Below, piece by piece: positions 1-13,720 of a DNA stretch of 64,000 nt (positions are counted from its first letter, which is position 1; the number at the start of each line of letters is the position of its first letter). Under the pieces are notes generated by a model, which was not told the DNA's origin, made no database searches, and saw only the letters and a program-made list of their open reading frames with translations. Source of the stretch: Mobula birostris (Eukaryota); the NCBI RefSeq assembly GCF_030028105.1, contig NC_092371.1, positions 204,288,031 through 204,352,030 of the forward strand, in the 5' to 3' direction. A program made the translations under genes and the position numbers.

Positions 1-740
1 ATGCTGACTTTTACCTATTATGATGTGCCTCCAAGTACCTGCAACCACATCCTTAACGATAGACTCCGACATCTTCTCAACCACTGAGATCAAGCTAACT
101 GATCTATAATTACCTTTCTTCTGCCTTCATTCCATCTTGAAGAGCGTTGTGACATTTGCAGTTTTCCAGATCTTCAGAACCATGTCAGAATCTATTGATT
201 CTTGAAAGATCATTATTAATGCCTCCACAATCTCTAGCTATCCTTCAGAACCCTGGGGTGTAGTTCATCTGGTCAAGGTGACTTTTCTACAATCAGACCT
301 TTCAGCTCCCCAAGCACATTCTCCTTGTTAATAGCAACTGCTCTCACTTCTGCCCCCAACACTCTCAGACTTCTGGCATACTGCTACTGTCTTTCACAAT
401 GAAAACTGATGTAAAATACCTATTCAGCTCGTGTGCCGTTTTGTTGTCCCCCATTACTACCTCTCCAGCATCCATTTCCAGTTGTACAATATATACTTTC
501 ACCCCTCTTTTACTCTTTGTATATCTGAAAAATCTTTGTAGTAGCTTCTGATATTATTGGCTAGCTTTCCTTCATATTTCATCTTCTTCCCCCCACCCCC
601 ACATTTTTTTTTTAGTTACCCTTTAGTTTTTAAAAGTTCCCTATTCCTCTAATTTCCCACTAACTTTTGCTTTATCATATACTCGTTTTTTTTTCTGTGT
701 TGACTTCCATGTCAAGCACAGGTTTCACCATGCTGCCTTT

Positions 741-1539
741 GAAGGCAGCCTAAAACATCAACTTTTTATTCTTTTAGATTATGAGGGCACTCAGTCCTCG
801 TTTATTGTCATTTAGAAATGCATGCATTAAAAAATGATACAATGTTCCTCCAGAATGATCTCACAAGAAAACACAGGACAAACCAAGACTAAAACTTACA
901 AAACCACGTAATTATAACATATAGTTACAACAGTGCAAAGCAATACCACAATTTGATAAAGAACAGACCATGGGCATGGTAAAAAAAAAGTCTCAAAGTC
1001 CCGATAGCCTCATCATCTTCACGCAGGCGGCAGAAGGGAGAAACTCTCCCTGCCATGAACCTCAAGCGTTGCAAACTTGCCGATGCAGCACCACCGGAAG
1101 CACTCGACCACAACGAACTCTGAGTCCGTTCGAAAACTTCGAGCCTCCGAGCAGCCCCTCCGACACAGCCTCTCCAAGCACCATCCTCTGCCGCGCACTT
1201 TGACCCCGCCCCAACAAGCAAAGCCGAGGACTCGGGGCCTTCCCCTCCGGAGATACCGGACCACACAGTAGCAGCAGCAGCAGCGAAGCAGGCATTTCAG
1301 AAGTTTAACCAGATGTTCCTCCGTGCTCTGACGTCCGTCTCCATCAAATCAGGGTTGTGCATGGCACCCTACTTGACAAATAACAGACACCACCAGAGTG
1401 GCTGCTGCGAGTTGCGTCACGCCACCATCTTCTCCTCCCTTCAACTTTTTTACATAAATATTGCCTGGCCTGCTGAATTCCTCCAACATTTTGTGTGTGT
1501 TACTTGGATTTCCAGCATCTGCAGATTTTCTTGTCTTTG
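741..1539 (+). mobile_element. Penelope-like terminal-repeat fragment with eroded hammerhead core, split by the 769-1440 insertion
   Basis: Shares ctggcctgctgaattcctcc..tgtgtgtgtt..gatttccagcatctgcag with other copies; flanked by tgccttt duplication (734-740 / 1540-1546). Confidence 0.7.
769..1440 (-). mobile_element. Non-coding, CpG-rich SINE-like / non-autonomous LINE derivative
   Basis: TSD tcaacttttt (758-767 / 1441-1450); 5' end ggaggagaagatggtggcg (YY1-like); 3' tail tttattgtcattt (plus reading) also seen in the LINE tail at 11745. Confidence 0.7.
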
Positions 1540-4500
1540 TGCCTTTAGAATACATCTATGGGATGTATCTTCTCTTCCACTTTTGATTTGCACCCCGAAA
1601 CTCCAGTGATTTTTGCACTGCTGCTATCCATGCTAATGTCCCCATCCAATTATCTTTAGCCAGCTCCTCTCTCATGCCTCTGTATTTCCCTTCCCTTCAC
1701 TCCACTGTACTGCTGATGCATCTGACTTTAGTTTCTCCTTCTCAAATTGCAGGTTGAATTCTAACATATAAAGGTCACTGTCTCCGAAGTGTTCCTTTTC
1801 CTTAAGCTTGGTAATCCTATCTGGTTCATTACACAATGCCCAGTCCAGAATAGCTGATTCTATAGTGGTCTCAACCACAAACTGCTCTAAAAAGCCATCT
1901 TGTAGGCATTCTACAAATTCTCTCTCTTGTGTTCCAGCACCAACTTGATTTTCCCAATCTACCTGCATATTGAAATCCCCCCAGGACTATTGTAACATTG
2001 CCCTTTGGCATGCATTCTCGATCTCCAGTTGTAATTTTTAGCCTACGTCCTGACTACTCTTCAGAGGGCTGTATATAATTCCCATCAAGAGTTCTGTCTT
2101 TCTATCCCATGTCACCTCTTTATAAGGACTTGATTTTATGTTTTACCAACAGAACCATGGCACCCCATGCCTACCTGCTTGTCCTTTCGATACAATGTGT
2201 GTCCATGGATTTTAAGCTTCCAACTATGATCTTGCATCCAGGACTCAGTGATGCTCATGTCATATCTGCCAATCTCTGTGCTACAAAATCATCTACCTTA
2301 TTCTGTCTATTGCGTGTATTCCAGTATAACAACTTATGTCCTGTGTTCATCATCTTTTTTGATTTTGACCCCCTTTTTACACTGCAACTCATCCCACTGA
2401 CAGCAATTTTGCCTTTCATCTGCCTGACCACACTGCCTCTGCTTGTAAACCAGTAGCCCTCTCCCCCCACCTTTTTGTACAAGTCATGCCTTCCCCAGAA
2501 GAAATCCCAATGATGCAGAAATCTGAAACCCGACATCAGTTCCTCAGCCACACATTCATCTGCCAAATCATCCTATTTGTACCTTCACTGGTGCATGGCA
2601 CAGGCTACAATCCAAAGATTACTACCCTGGAAGTCCTGCTTTTCAGTATTCTACCTAGTTCTCCAAATTCTCTCTTTAGTACGTCCTCGCTTTGCCTATC
2701 TATGTCATTGGTGCCAGTATGTGCCAAGACTTCTGGCTGCTCACCCTCCCACTTTTAGAAAGTGATGGATCCAATCTGAGACACCCCTCTCCCTCTCCTG
2801 ATGGTCATCTAGGTATTTGCCTCCTGCAACTTAGGGGTGACTATCTCCTTGTAGCTCCTATGTATCATCTCCCCAGTTTCCTGTATGAGCCAAAGGTCAT
2901 CAAGTTGCAGCTCCACTTCCTTAACATGTTTTCTTATGAGCTGCAGCTTGGTGCACCAGGTGCAAATGTGGTTATCCATGAGGCTGGAGGTCTCCCAGAA
3001 TTCCCACATTTCACACAAAGAATGCATCACAACCCCGGAGACTTTCTCACCCTGCTCTAACAATGTACTAACAGGCAAAGAATGAAGAAGATGAAGAAAG
3101 AAGAAATTCACCAGATGCCTTGTCCAAGCCTGTTAGCAAAAGCCTCCCCACTCTAACCCTGGTCCACTCACTCAGTGGTTGTTTTTATTTGCCCTTGCTG
3201 ATGAATTGTGACTGCACTGCCATAAAAAAACAAAATCCCGCTAAAGCTCAATTTTAAATCTCTCTCTCCCTGAACCTGTGTGAGGCCTCCTCCATCAATT
3301 CGACTGTGGCTGCCTTGCTGAAAACAAAAAAGGAAAATTGTGAAAGCTCCTTGTTTTAAATCTCACCTTCCCTGACCTGTGTGAGGCTTTTTTCCGCCGA
3401 ATGGACTGCGACTGTGAAAGTATGTTAAGAAGCATACCTTCATTGTATGCTTTGACCTAGTTGCCTCCATTTTCCTTTGTGAGTATAACTACCAAAGACC
3501 TTTGGTTTAGTGCTAAAGCCTCTCATCTACTCATTTGCTGCTCATTTCATATTGATATATGGTGAGAGCTGATTACCTAAAAGAGTAATTTACAACAGTA
3601 ATTGTTCATGAGCTTGTTCATAGAGCTGCACCACACTTGCAACATTTCATTGTTTTTTTAATATGTACAGGATTTATCTATTACTATCCATTTACATGTT
3701 GATTATCTGATAACAACCTAAATAGTTATTGCACATTATGGAGATTTCTCCTTGCTTCATCTATTCCTTGAATTTAAACTGAAGTGATATTTGATGTAGA
3801 GTGCTATCATCTTTGTTTCTTGCTTTTAAGTGGATTACTGGTAAAGTAGGCATGTCTGTCCAATTATTAAGGAAATTACATCAGTTATTTGATGTAACGA
3901 TCTCTTTGTTATCAGTTTCCTCTTCAGAAGTGTTTGTATAGGCTGATGAATGCTCATGCTAATTACAGCTTGTGAATAATAGTTATTACTGTTGGCTGGT
4001 GTTCAAGGAGCAGATGATTGCCAATGTTACCAATTGTTGATTGCAATTTAGTGATACTTGCTGGAAAGGTCTGAGTGTTTTGGGTGAAGAAGAGTTCAAT
4101 ATCAGCCCATTGCTATAGAATTGTGAAATCTATTGTCTAGATCATTTGCAGAGAATTAACATCTAACAGAGATGTATGTATCTATGGAGCAATACTATGG
4201 CCCAAACCAATAACTCAAAATGTAAGGTTGATGTATCTTCAGTGCATCTTAAGTGAAGCAGAATAATGGCTCTCTCTATTTCTTCCTAAGCTTGTATTGT
4301 TTTAATTTTTCCTTTCTGAAATTTCTTTCTGCACTAAATTCTTGTTGATACTTATAAAGATAAATGTTCAGCAAAAAATGAATGTACAAATCATATGAAG
4401 TATCAAGCTCAGCTACATAGCAAAGTAATGTCAAAACAAGTTCAAAGTTGAGATGAGGGACAAGGCAAAATATTAAACAACTGAGGTTAACCTGAGGTTG

Positions 4501-4899
4501 AAAAGAGGGATTTGGAAGATATTTGAAGGAGCAGGAAACTGGAGGAATATTATGGAAAAACATGATTTCTTCAGTATTCTGGAGAGATTTCTTAGGGAGA
4601 TTGCTGGATTATGATGTGATGCTAGAACTAATTTTAACAAAACATCACTGAAAGCATGTATAGCAACCTCACCTCTATTCCAGTTAGACTAACACAGCTT
4701 CTGGATTGAAACAGGAGCTTTCCTTGTTTATATGACTTGTTAGTATTTATGAAGAAATACATCCTTTATATTCATATTGGGCATTTAAAATATTTGGAAC
4801 ATTGGTTCTGCTTGGAAATATCCTGATGTAAACTAATGATGAGGACTCTAAATAGCATGTCTCTGTAGTATGCCTGCTTTAGTGGATTTGTTTCATTAG

Positions 4900-5066
4900 G
4901 GAGCTGGAGACACAGAGCCTGATGAAAATGACAAGGCTGATCAGAAAGGGAAATCATCACCATTCGAGGAAGATAAAAAAAGAGATCTGAAACAAGGAGA
5001 TGATATTTCCAAAGCTAATGGGCTAGTTTTGCAGAATGGAATAGATACAGATTGCAAAGACTTCAA
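4900..5066 (+). CDS. PUM2: PUM2 exon A (GAGDTEPDENDKADQKGKSSPFEED...DCKDF), phase 0 to 2
   Basis: ttcattag acceptor, gtaagt donor at 5067; 167 nt; KGKSSPFEED and DCKDFN motifs. Confidence 0.92.
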
Positions 5067-7511
5067 GTAAGTGTCTTATTTTGGTATTCATAAATTTTGT
5101 AAAAGTTTTTAAGCTATCAGACTTACTTTCATAAATTGAATGTTAGCATGCTATCAAGTGCTCAGGTAGTCTATTTCAAAGTCTTGCAGCAGTCCAAGTC
5201 TGAGCAGACCAAGTATAAGGGCTATATAAAAATGACTTGAAAATGCACCTCCCCCTCCAAATAATCCCCGCCCTTCCCTTTGTAAGGAGTAGGGCAGGGT
5301 GTATTAATACAATTTTGCTGATTTCATCTGAAACTACTTCAAGTTTATTTATTTCTGGAATGGCTAATTTAGTCGATATCCAGCCATAGACAAGAACTAG
5401 CAAAATAAAAAGTATCTCCAGCCAAACTTTAGTGTGTGAACAACTAACTTAACTGTTACTTAGAATGCAAAGTTGTCACCTAATGCCAATTTTTGTAAAC
5501 TCTATACTGGAATTTTATATTAGATAATTCTTGAAGATGAAAGATTTCGCAGCTTGTATCATGGCTCGATTTTTAATATAGACTGAGAGAAAGAGCTTGC
5601 ATTGCTTTAATTCAACTTGTAATCAATTTACATCCTCTATGGTGAAATTTATTATTCTCAAATCACAATGTGACAAGACCATGTTTACACATTCTTGTAA
5701 GTTTTCTTGTTTTCTATCATCTCTGCAGACTTTTCCACTCCCTATAGGTGCCATTAGATACAAGTTTTCTCCTTACTGCAGTTATTCTGCCATCTGGATT
5801 AAGAAACTTATGTTGAGGGTATTTGCCTATAGCTGCTTGTAGTTTTGATTATAAATACACACTTCTCCAACATGTTTAGGGGTATCTGGAGGGTATGGAA
5901 ATTGAAAAGGTATCAACAAAATGCAGCAAGTATTTTTTTTTTATTGTGGGCTAATTTGAAGAGAAAGGTATCTGGGGAATAATAGATTTTTATAGTATAT
6001 AGTAAATGAAAAACCGCATCTTCAATATATTTAGATTTAAAATATGGAAGAAAGCATCTGACAGACTTTTTGGGTGGGTTGGAGCTGAACTTACTAATGG
6101 ATGAAAGGTTTTACCCTTGGGTTTCACCCATTTGCTTTGACTAAAGAAGAGCATGGAGGAGGTCATTAATCTGTGACTTAAATGGGGTATACTGGTAACT
6201 TAATGTTATTTCTTGATATCAAGATCTGGAGGAAAATGTTTATTATTAATATATTATATCATCAGTAATAGATATGCTTAGAGATCATTGTTAAAATATT
6301 GTTGCCATTGCTATCCATTTTTCAATAAATGGTCCTTGTCTTATAAAAGTATATTTGATATCAATGAAAGTGGTTCATTTCCAAGGATAATTACAGTTCC
6401 CCATTTAAAAGGAGTCTTAACTCATGGATGACTGCTTAGAATTTCAAATTGTTTCTATATATTTGTCATTTTACATAGAAAGCATAAGGCACAATGCATG
6501 ATATTTTTGTAAAGGTGCCTTGACATTGCTGTAGATCTGCAGTTGCTGATGTGCAGTATCTGCCGCATACAAATTCAAATTCAAATAAAATGTGAATTAT
6601 GTTTCAGTGATATATACGCAGGTTTGCAATTGGTTTTGGAAGGAAAAGAAGCTATCAGGTGTGCCGTCTTATGTATATAGTAAATAGATGTTAAGTCAGT
6701 AGTGGTTAGGTGATAGCTATAACTAGCACAGTTTCCTACTAGAGGTGGAAAGCTTTATGGAACCAAAAAGTACTTCATCATTCAAGGGCAACCATTTCAC
6801 ACTCGGGCAGTTCATAGACATTTCTAATATTTTGATGTCATTTCTAAGTTAAGAGTACCAATTTTGGCATAATCGTTACTTAGATTTGTCATAATAATTT
6901 TTGAACCCAAATGAATGAAGTATATTCAGTTAATCAGAAGCTATATCTCCCATTAAATTAGCAGTACACTAAGGGCGATTTCTGATGCAGAGAGAATTTT
7001 CTGCCTAAAGACATTTTCATGTCAAAAAACTGACGGGGGTGGCGGGGGGTGGGAGAAGTCAGTTTAGATAATGGTGGGGAGTTGTGGAGGCCAAGTATTT
7101 GAGAAGGGACCCAACATGTTTTAAAAGGACCCAAAAGTGTACCAAACCTTGGAAAAAAATGTGTTTGTATGTTGATATTAGGGCATGAATCTTTAATAAT
7201 CAGCAGGTGCCATTTGAGGGATAAGGACGACAGCATTTTATTTACCTATTTATTTCATTAATTTGTTTGATAATGAAAAGTAATTTGCAGTAAACTAAAA
7301 AGAGGGTAAATTTAAAATTTACAGGCACTCAATATCTAGTATTTATAATGATATTTAAATAATTGTTTTAATAATAGCAGTATGAACTGCCCATTAAACT
7401 TTAAACTTTTTAAAGTAGCTTTTTAATTCAAAATACTGCCTTTTTAAAGAGTGTGTGTATTGCATTTAACAGAAAACTATAAATCCTTATTTGTATTTTT
7501 ATGCTGCACAG

Positions 7512-7788
7512 TCGTACTCCTGGAAGTCATCAAGCCTCTCCCACAGAAGTGGCTGAACGCCTGGGTCCAAACCAAAATACTTCAGAAGGTTTAGTCCAAT
7601 TGTCTAATACTACAACAAATAAACCATCTGGAGAAGAGTTTCATAATTCTGACACTCAAAGTTTAGACACCATTGAGGCCGCAGTTGGCTTAGATCATTT
7701 GCAGTTTGACTATTCAAGCGGTCAAGTATCCATGGACTCCTCAGCAGCAGCAGCTGTAGGTCTTTTTGACTACAACTCCCAGCATCAG
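7512..7788 (+). CDS. PUM2: PUM2 exon B ([13 protein letters not shown]...[10 protein letters not shown]), phase 2 to 0
   Basis: cacag acceptor, gttagt donor; 277 nt; within ORF 7501..7806. Confidence 0.95.
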
Positions 7789-8706
7789 GTTAGTCTTTTT
7801 TGCTGAGTGACTTGATGTTTGATTCTCCCCCGTGTAAACATTATTAACTGAGTTGAGTACATTTGAAATAGAAAAGTATATCAGAATGTTACAAAACCCA
7901 AACATATTGCAACAACTTGGCTAAGGTTCAATGCTTCACGTTTAAAAAAAGGTTTAACTAAAATAAACCAGCTATGTGTGCCTATAGCAGAAGATTTTTA
8001 AAAAAATCTTCAATCAGAATTTGAGTAACTCTTTCCTTCTGAAGAATGAATAGAAAAGGCTTGAATGTAAAATTAGCCCTAATGCTGATTGGAATATAAA
8101 CATTTCAATCATTTGAATTTGTTGATTTCCTATTTCTTCATTGATTATCAGAATAAATATTTGGTTGGTGGAATTGACTGGAGCAAAAGCTTAACCATTT
8201 CTACTAGAAAAATGATGTGGCTCCTGCTACTAAAGAAAAGTTGGCAGATGCTGCTGTATAGTTTTGCCAATGTCAAGTATTTTCAGAATGTAATAATAAG
8301 CTTTTAAAAAATTATATGTTTTAATATCGGTTCTGATTCAAATCGAAGATGCTTTCTTATTTAATCTTGCCTCCAGGAAATTACATGGTTTTAACTACTT
8401 ATCATCATTTTTTTTTTCAACAATGCTTACCAGGAATAATATTCTTTCTAAACATTTCCTTCCACGAAAATTTTATTTGATAGTTTCAGCATCTTTGTTG
8501 AAGGAAATTACTGTTAATGTTCATTAATGCTTGCTTTCAGCATGAATTTTCATTTTATTCTTATTAAACCAATTTTTGCATTTAAAATTCTCTTTCTAGT
8601 TACAAATTTCACAGCTTTGTGCTTAGTTTTACTTTCCTGCTGCTCTATCTGTGCAGTATTTAAATCTAAATAGTTCTGTGAAAAATAAGTGAATTAGCAT
8701 GACATA

Positions 8707-9214
8707 CAATAGTGTGAAAAAGTCTTAGCCACACATATATAGCTAGAGTGCCTAGGACTTTTGCACAGTTCTGTAGTAATTTTATGTATTGCGCTGTACT
8801 GCTGTTGCAAAATAAAACAAATTTCATAACATGAATGACGATAAACCTGACTGATATGGGTCTCTTTTGTGGACTGAGAATGGGAAGGAGGCAGAGAGAG
8901 GGGAATCATGGTTGGGGAAAGGGGAAGGGAAAAAGGAGGGAGCAGAAAGCACCAAAGACATTCTATAATAATCAATAAACTAATTGTTCGGGATCAAATG
9001 ACTTTGCTTGGAGCCTCAGGGCTGGGTGTGACTGCACTCACAACACCCCTCTTCCGCCCAGCACTCCTCCTCTGCCACCTGTTCTACATCCATCTCAAGG
9101 CACTCCACCCTCGCATTTCCCTACATCCTTTGCTCCCACCAGATTTACAGACTTACTCTCCTTTCCATAATGACAAATACAGTATTGTTCAAAAGTCTTA
9201 GGCACCCTAGATAT
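8707..9214. mobile_element. Composite non-autonomous Tc1-TIR element, copy 1
   Basis: Hairpin of two Tc1-type TIRs (8707-8773), a LINE-tail plus G-rich/C-rich core, and a third TIR at 9180; colinear with 45789-46258. Confidence 0.75.
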
Positions 9215-9239
9215 TTGAATATGTATATATGTGTGTAGA

Positions 9240-9545
9240 CAGTGGTGCTGGAAAGTTTGTGAATCCTGTAGAATTTTCTCTATTTCTGCATAAATATAAT
9301 CAAAATATGATTAGATCTTCACATAAGTCTTAAAACTAGATAAAGAGCACCCTATTAAATAAGTAACACAAAAAAATTATACTAGTTTATTTATTTATTG
9401 AGAAAAATTATCTAATATTACATGTATTTGTTGGAAAAGCTATGTGAAACTCTGGAGTAATGCCTTCTACAAAAGCTATTTGGAGTCAGGTGTTCCAGTC
9501 ACTGAGAGGAGATTGGAGGTATGGGTTGTAGAGGTGCCACTAGCC
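9240..9545 (+). mobile_element. Tc1/mariner 5' end fragment
   Basis: Starts cagtggtgctggaaagtttgtgaa, a typical Tc1 TIR, followed by AT-rich subterminal sequence. Confidence 0.55.
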
Positions 9546-10969
9546 ACTACACAGAGCTGTTCTCCGCCTAAGTGCCCCAGATTTGTATTGATCACCCTAA
9601 TCAAACCGCTCAAAAATAACCGAAAAGAAGAATAACCAGAATCTTGAACATCAAAGCCCCCCAAAATGAGTCCACAGCCTCACCGGTCAACCCTTGCAAC
9701 GTGGATCCCAAGACTTCTGTACTTTCCTCTGACAGGAGCTAGCGACCAGGAGAGGAATACCAGTCACATAGGCAGAATGGTGCCTTAACACCCGCCTGTC
9801 CTTTGCTCTCATCCTCGTCGACTTCAACCTTGCTTGCATCCAGGCTACCAGGTCACGCAGTCTGCTCCGAACCTCAGAGACAGCAACGTGCCAGGTCGCT
9901 CAGTCAGCCTTAAAATGCACATCAAGTTGTAAATCACAGGTTCTAATTGCATGTAGTAATAGAATCATATTTAAAAGAAGAAAATTAATTTCATTAACGA
10001 TCTACAGGGCGTTGCTGTCGGTTGCTTGTACCATCTTGAGACCTCCCAGTTTCTCAAGATTTTAATTGGTATATAAAGATAAGGTTTGAGAGTCATGATG
10101 CTTGCAGAAACATTTTTGCCACTTCCTGTTTAAACGTGCTTTAAAATTATTTTCATGACCTAATAGTTTGAAGCAGAATATTGGGGTATTACTGCCAAGA
10201 TTCTGGAAGGTAAATCTATTCCAACCAGAAAGGGACTCCTGTGCTGATGAAGCCACTGTTCAAGCCAGAACAAAGGACTTATTTGAGGTTAAACCACCTT
10301 CTGTTTTAATGTGGCTTTTCATATAATCACTTTCCACAGTTGGTCTCTAGTTGAGCATAAAAGGCTATGTCATCATCTAAGATGAAAGCAATTATTTTGA
10401 ATTCTTCTTGGAACTTTAAATAAGCATTGTTATGCTAGTTGCACAGCATATACTGTATATGCTAAGTACGATGTTAAAGTAATAGATTTTTAAAAATTCT
10501 GTGAAGTGTTAACTAATTACCACGTGATACAGAAAGATAGCAAAGACAGCAAGTTTTTCAATCAGAAATGTATGTAATTAGATTGAGGATGTTTTGAAGT
10601 GATTTTATACAGGAAGTCATTGTGAGGTTAAGGTGAACACCTTATAAGATGGAAGGAATTGGATAAATGCTTGGGAAAAGGGAAAAGAGTTACTGGGCCA
10701 AGCGAAAATGTACATTGGATGAACTGGAAAACTCTTTAAAAGAATTACCCCAGGCACAGTGGTCTTCTGTGTAATTGATACTGTGATTTGCAAGTAAAGG
10801 CAGGACAATCTTGACTGATATGCTAAAAGGAAGATTTATTTAATTGATTTACATCATTCACATGGTTGTTTTTCATTTCATTCTCTCCTGGTTTTTACCA
10901 ATGTTAACGTCTATGTGAAGCGTCTAACGTCTGCATGAAGCTAGCTTGGAATTAAGCGTTTTAAAATTG

Positions 10970-11227
10970 GCCCGCTGGTGGCGCAGTGACATCAGTGCCG
11001 GACTCCGGAACGAAGGTTCCCGAGTTCGAATCCAGTCGGGCCACTCCCGGGCATGCTTTCCACCTGTGCCGGGTTGAGTGTCAAGCTCGCAACTCGGCCT
11101 CGTAAAAAAAGAGACTGCTCTGTGAGAAGGACGTGGGGGGCCACTCACAGAATCTTTCCTCCAAGACAACCACTTGAAAAGTGGTCGCCAAGGCTCTGGC
11201 AGAGTATGGCACTCAAAAAAAAAAAAA
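10970..11227 (+). mobile_element. Young tRNA-derived SINE
   Basis: A box tggcgcagtg (10979-10988), B box gttcgaatcc (11024-11033), A13 tail, TSD aaaattg, CpGs retained. Confidence 0.9.
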
Positions 11228-11669
11228 TTGCAAGGTCCAATATTTTTGAACAGTCTCATCTAATGTTGTGAGTTACTGTGCCTTTGATCGTGTTTTAGAC
11301 AGTTGATTGGCAGCTAAGTTGATTTTAACTATAATTTTTACAAAAATATAACAGATTTCTGGCATCTGCTTTTGCATTTGTTAGTCTCTTGTTTTATGGT
11401 CATTTTCTTACCATAGAATTATCTCTTAAGTCAGTCAGCAACTTTCTGTTAGTGAAGTTTTCTGTGTTTTAGCATATTATGTGTTGCTGTTGAAATAATT
11501 TTTCATTTTTACTGGATATTCAATAACGTCAGTCAATCTTCCAATGGCATTCTTTTAAACTTCCACTCTTATTCAAACATAGAATTAGATTTATGTGTTT
11601 TTAAGTTATCTCTTCTTCGTATTTTCTATTTTGAGCTTACACTTTGCAAAGTTTCCAGTGTTCTTTAAA

Positions 11670-12700
11670 CCATAGGACATGTGAGCAGAATTAGGCCATT
11701 CAGCCCATTCAGTCCGCTGCTTCTCACCATATCAAGTCAAGTCACTTTTTATTGTCATTTCGACCATAACTGCTGGTATATTACACAGTAAAAACGAGAC
11801 GTTTTTCAGGATCATGGTGCTACATGAGACAATACAAAAACTACACTGAACTACATAAAAACAACACAAAACTACACTAGACTACAGACCTACCCAGGAC
11901 TGTGTAAACTGCACAAAACAGTGCAGGCATTACAATAAATAATAAACAAGACAATAGGCACAGTAGAGGGCAATAGGTTGGTGTCAGTCCAGGCTCCGGG
12001 TATTGAGGAATCTGATGGCTTGGGGGAAGAAACTGTTACATAGTCTGGTCGTGAGAGCCAGAATGCTTCGGTGCCTTTTGCCAGATGGCAGGAGAGAGAA
12101 GAGTTTGTATGAGGGGTGCGTGGGTCCTTCATAATGCTGTTTGCTTTACGGGTGCAGCGTGTGGTGTAAATGTCTGTAATGGTGGGAGGAGAGACCCAGA
12201 TGATCTTCTCAACTGACCTCACTATCCACTGCAGGGTCTTGCAATCCGAGATGGTGCAATTTCCGAACCAGGCAGTGATGCAGCTGCTCAGGATGCCCCT
12301 ACCAATCAGGAATCTATCAATTTCTGCTTTAAATATACCCACAGACGTGGCCTCCACCACAGTCTGTGGTAGAGCATTCCACAGATTCATCACTCTGGCT
12401 AAAAAAAAAAATTCCCTCTTCTGTTCTAAAAGGTCACCCCTCAATTTTGAAGCTGTGCTCTCTAGTTCTGGATACCCCCACCAGAGGAAACATCCTCTCA
12501 ACATCCACCTTATCTAGTCCTTTCAGTAGGTTTCAATGAGATCTCCACGCATTCTTCTAAATACCAGTGAGTCCAGGGACAAAGCTGCCAGATGCCCCTC
12601 ATTGGTTAACCTCTTCATTCTCGGAATCATCCTCATGAAACTCCTTGGGACTCTCTGCAATGACAATACGTCCTCTCTGAGATAAGGGGCAAAATCTTTA
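11670..12700 (-). mobile_element. CR1 3' fragment containing a nested Rex1/L2-like 3' fragment (about 11731-12295)
   Basis: RRMRGDLIETY and V.NLWNALP (CR1 C-terminus); ILSSCITAWFGNC (Rex1-like); (tcaag)n tail. Confidence 0.8.
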
Positions 12701-13720
12701 GTTACAGACGGACTCATTGACTACCATATGGAAGAGTTGTGGGCTTGCAGGTATTAATTAGCCGCTGGCGTTATTTCAGCATAAATTGAGCTTGTGGATT
12801 TTTAGAAAATAATTTGTATCATGCTTTAATTAGATTGCATGCTGGATTGGCTATAGTTTTGTTCATGGATAGTTCACAAGGACTTGTTAAGCAGGTTCTT
12901 CAGCACAGGTAATGCTAATAATTGATTAACATTTTTGTGTACAATTCTTTATAATATATCTTCATACATAATTATTCATAGATGCTGGTCATTTATGTCT
13001 TCAGTTTTCAAACTTTGTAATTTTAATTTCATATTTTATTTCCTCTTCAGATTCTGTATCCAGTATATAATCTTGATTGCATGAATCATCTGAAACAGTA
13101 AATGCAAAAATACCTGTTTTAAGGCTTTGTAATAGAGGCTAGCTATATTAGTCCTGTTAGAGTAAGTGCAGATTATTTATCAAAATATGGGATTGGTTCG
13201 GCAGTCACGGTTTGGAAAATGATGACATGCTCAGATGGAAGTAAGTATTGGGGATCTGAGAAAAAAACATTAATTTGATAAGGCTCTTTTTTAATGGAAG
13301 CTTGAATCCATGTAAATTTTTAAAAGAAGACAAAGCACTAGAAGTGTTTCAATGAAAAGAAGTTATGGTGCTGGTTTTCTTTATCAGAGCTGTCAATCAG
13401 CATTAATATGAGTACATGTTGCTAGGTTTTAATTTGAAGTTTTAATCATATATGAGATTAGGCCATCACTTTAAAGAATTGCCTGGGCCATGTATCTTGG
13501 AATTTAGACTATGGCCACCATTCATTTCCCTACCTATTGGCACCATTCTCAACAAAAAAGTCCTAAACCATCAGCAAACTCTCACCAAAATCACAAGACT
13601 TCAAGACAGTACACTGCCTCTGAATAACTGCAAATTCCCTTGCCCCCACTCTTCAAAAAAAATTGGCACTCTGCCACTTCCCGTAAAATAATAGTGAAAG
13701 CCTACATTCTCTGCCAATGG

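Larger units (their letters stand above)
1..3420 (-). mobile_element. Decayed CR1 LINE (ORF1, endonuclease and RT fragments), interrupted by the 741-1539 insertion
   Basis: ORF 1672..1968 has APE endonuclease motifs (FLEQ.V..T..SAILD..L.N..GDSD); ORF 2809..3111 resembles the CR1 ORF1 zinc finger/leucine zipper (CEMWE..HIC..C); diverged ~105-bp tandem pair at 3225-3420 in the 5' region. Confidence 0.8.

Noticed and set aside
925-1609. Overlapping 64-113 aa ORFs as novel genes
   Set aside because: Chance ORFs in a GC-rich repeat and a Penelope terminal repeat; the same peptide (SADAGN..NTHKML) recurs at other repeat copies
9545-10040. Additional minus-strand non-autonomous element ending in ccatctt
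   Set aside because: GC-richer than its flanks and repeat-like, but no TSD, second copy or protein motif to support a call
10970-11045. tRNA gene
   Set aside because: A/B boxes are present but continue into a SINE body with an A tail and TSD; no clean cloverleaf or terminator
11890-12504. 204-aa ORF as a chimeric gene
   Set aside because: Read-through across the junction of nested CR1 and Rex1-like fragments
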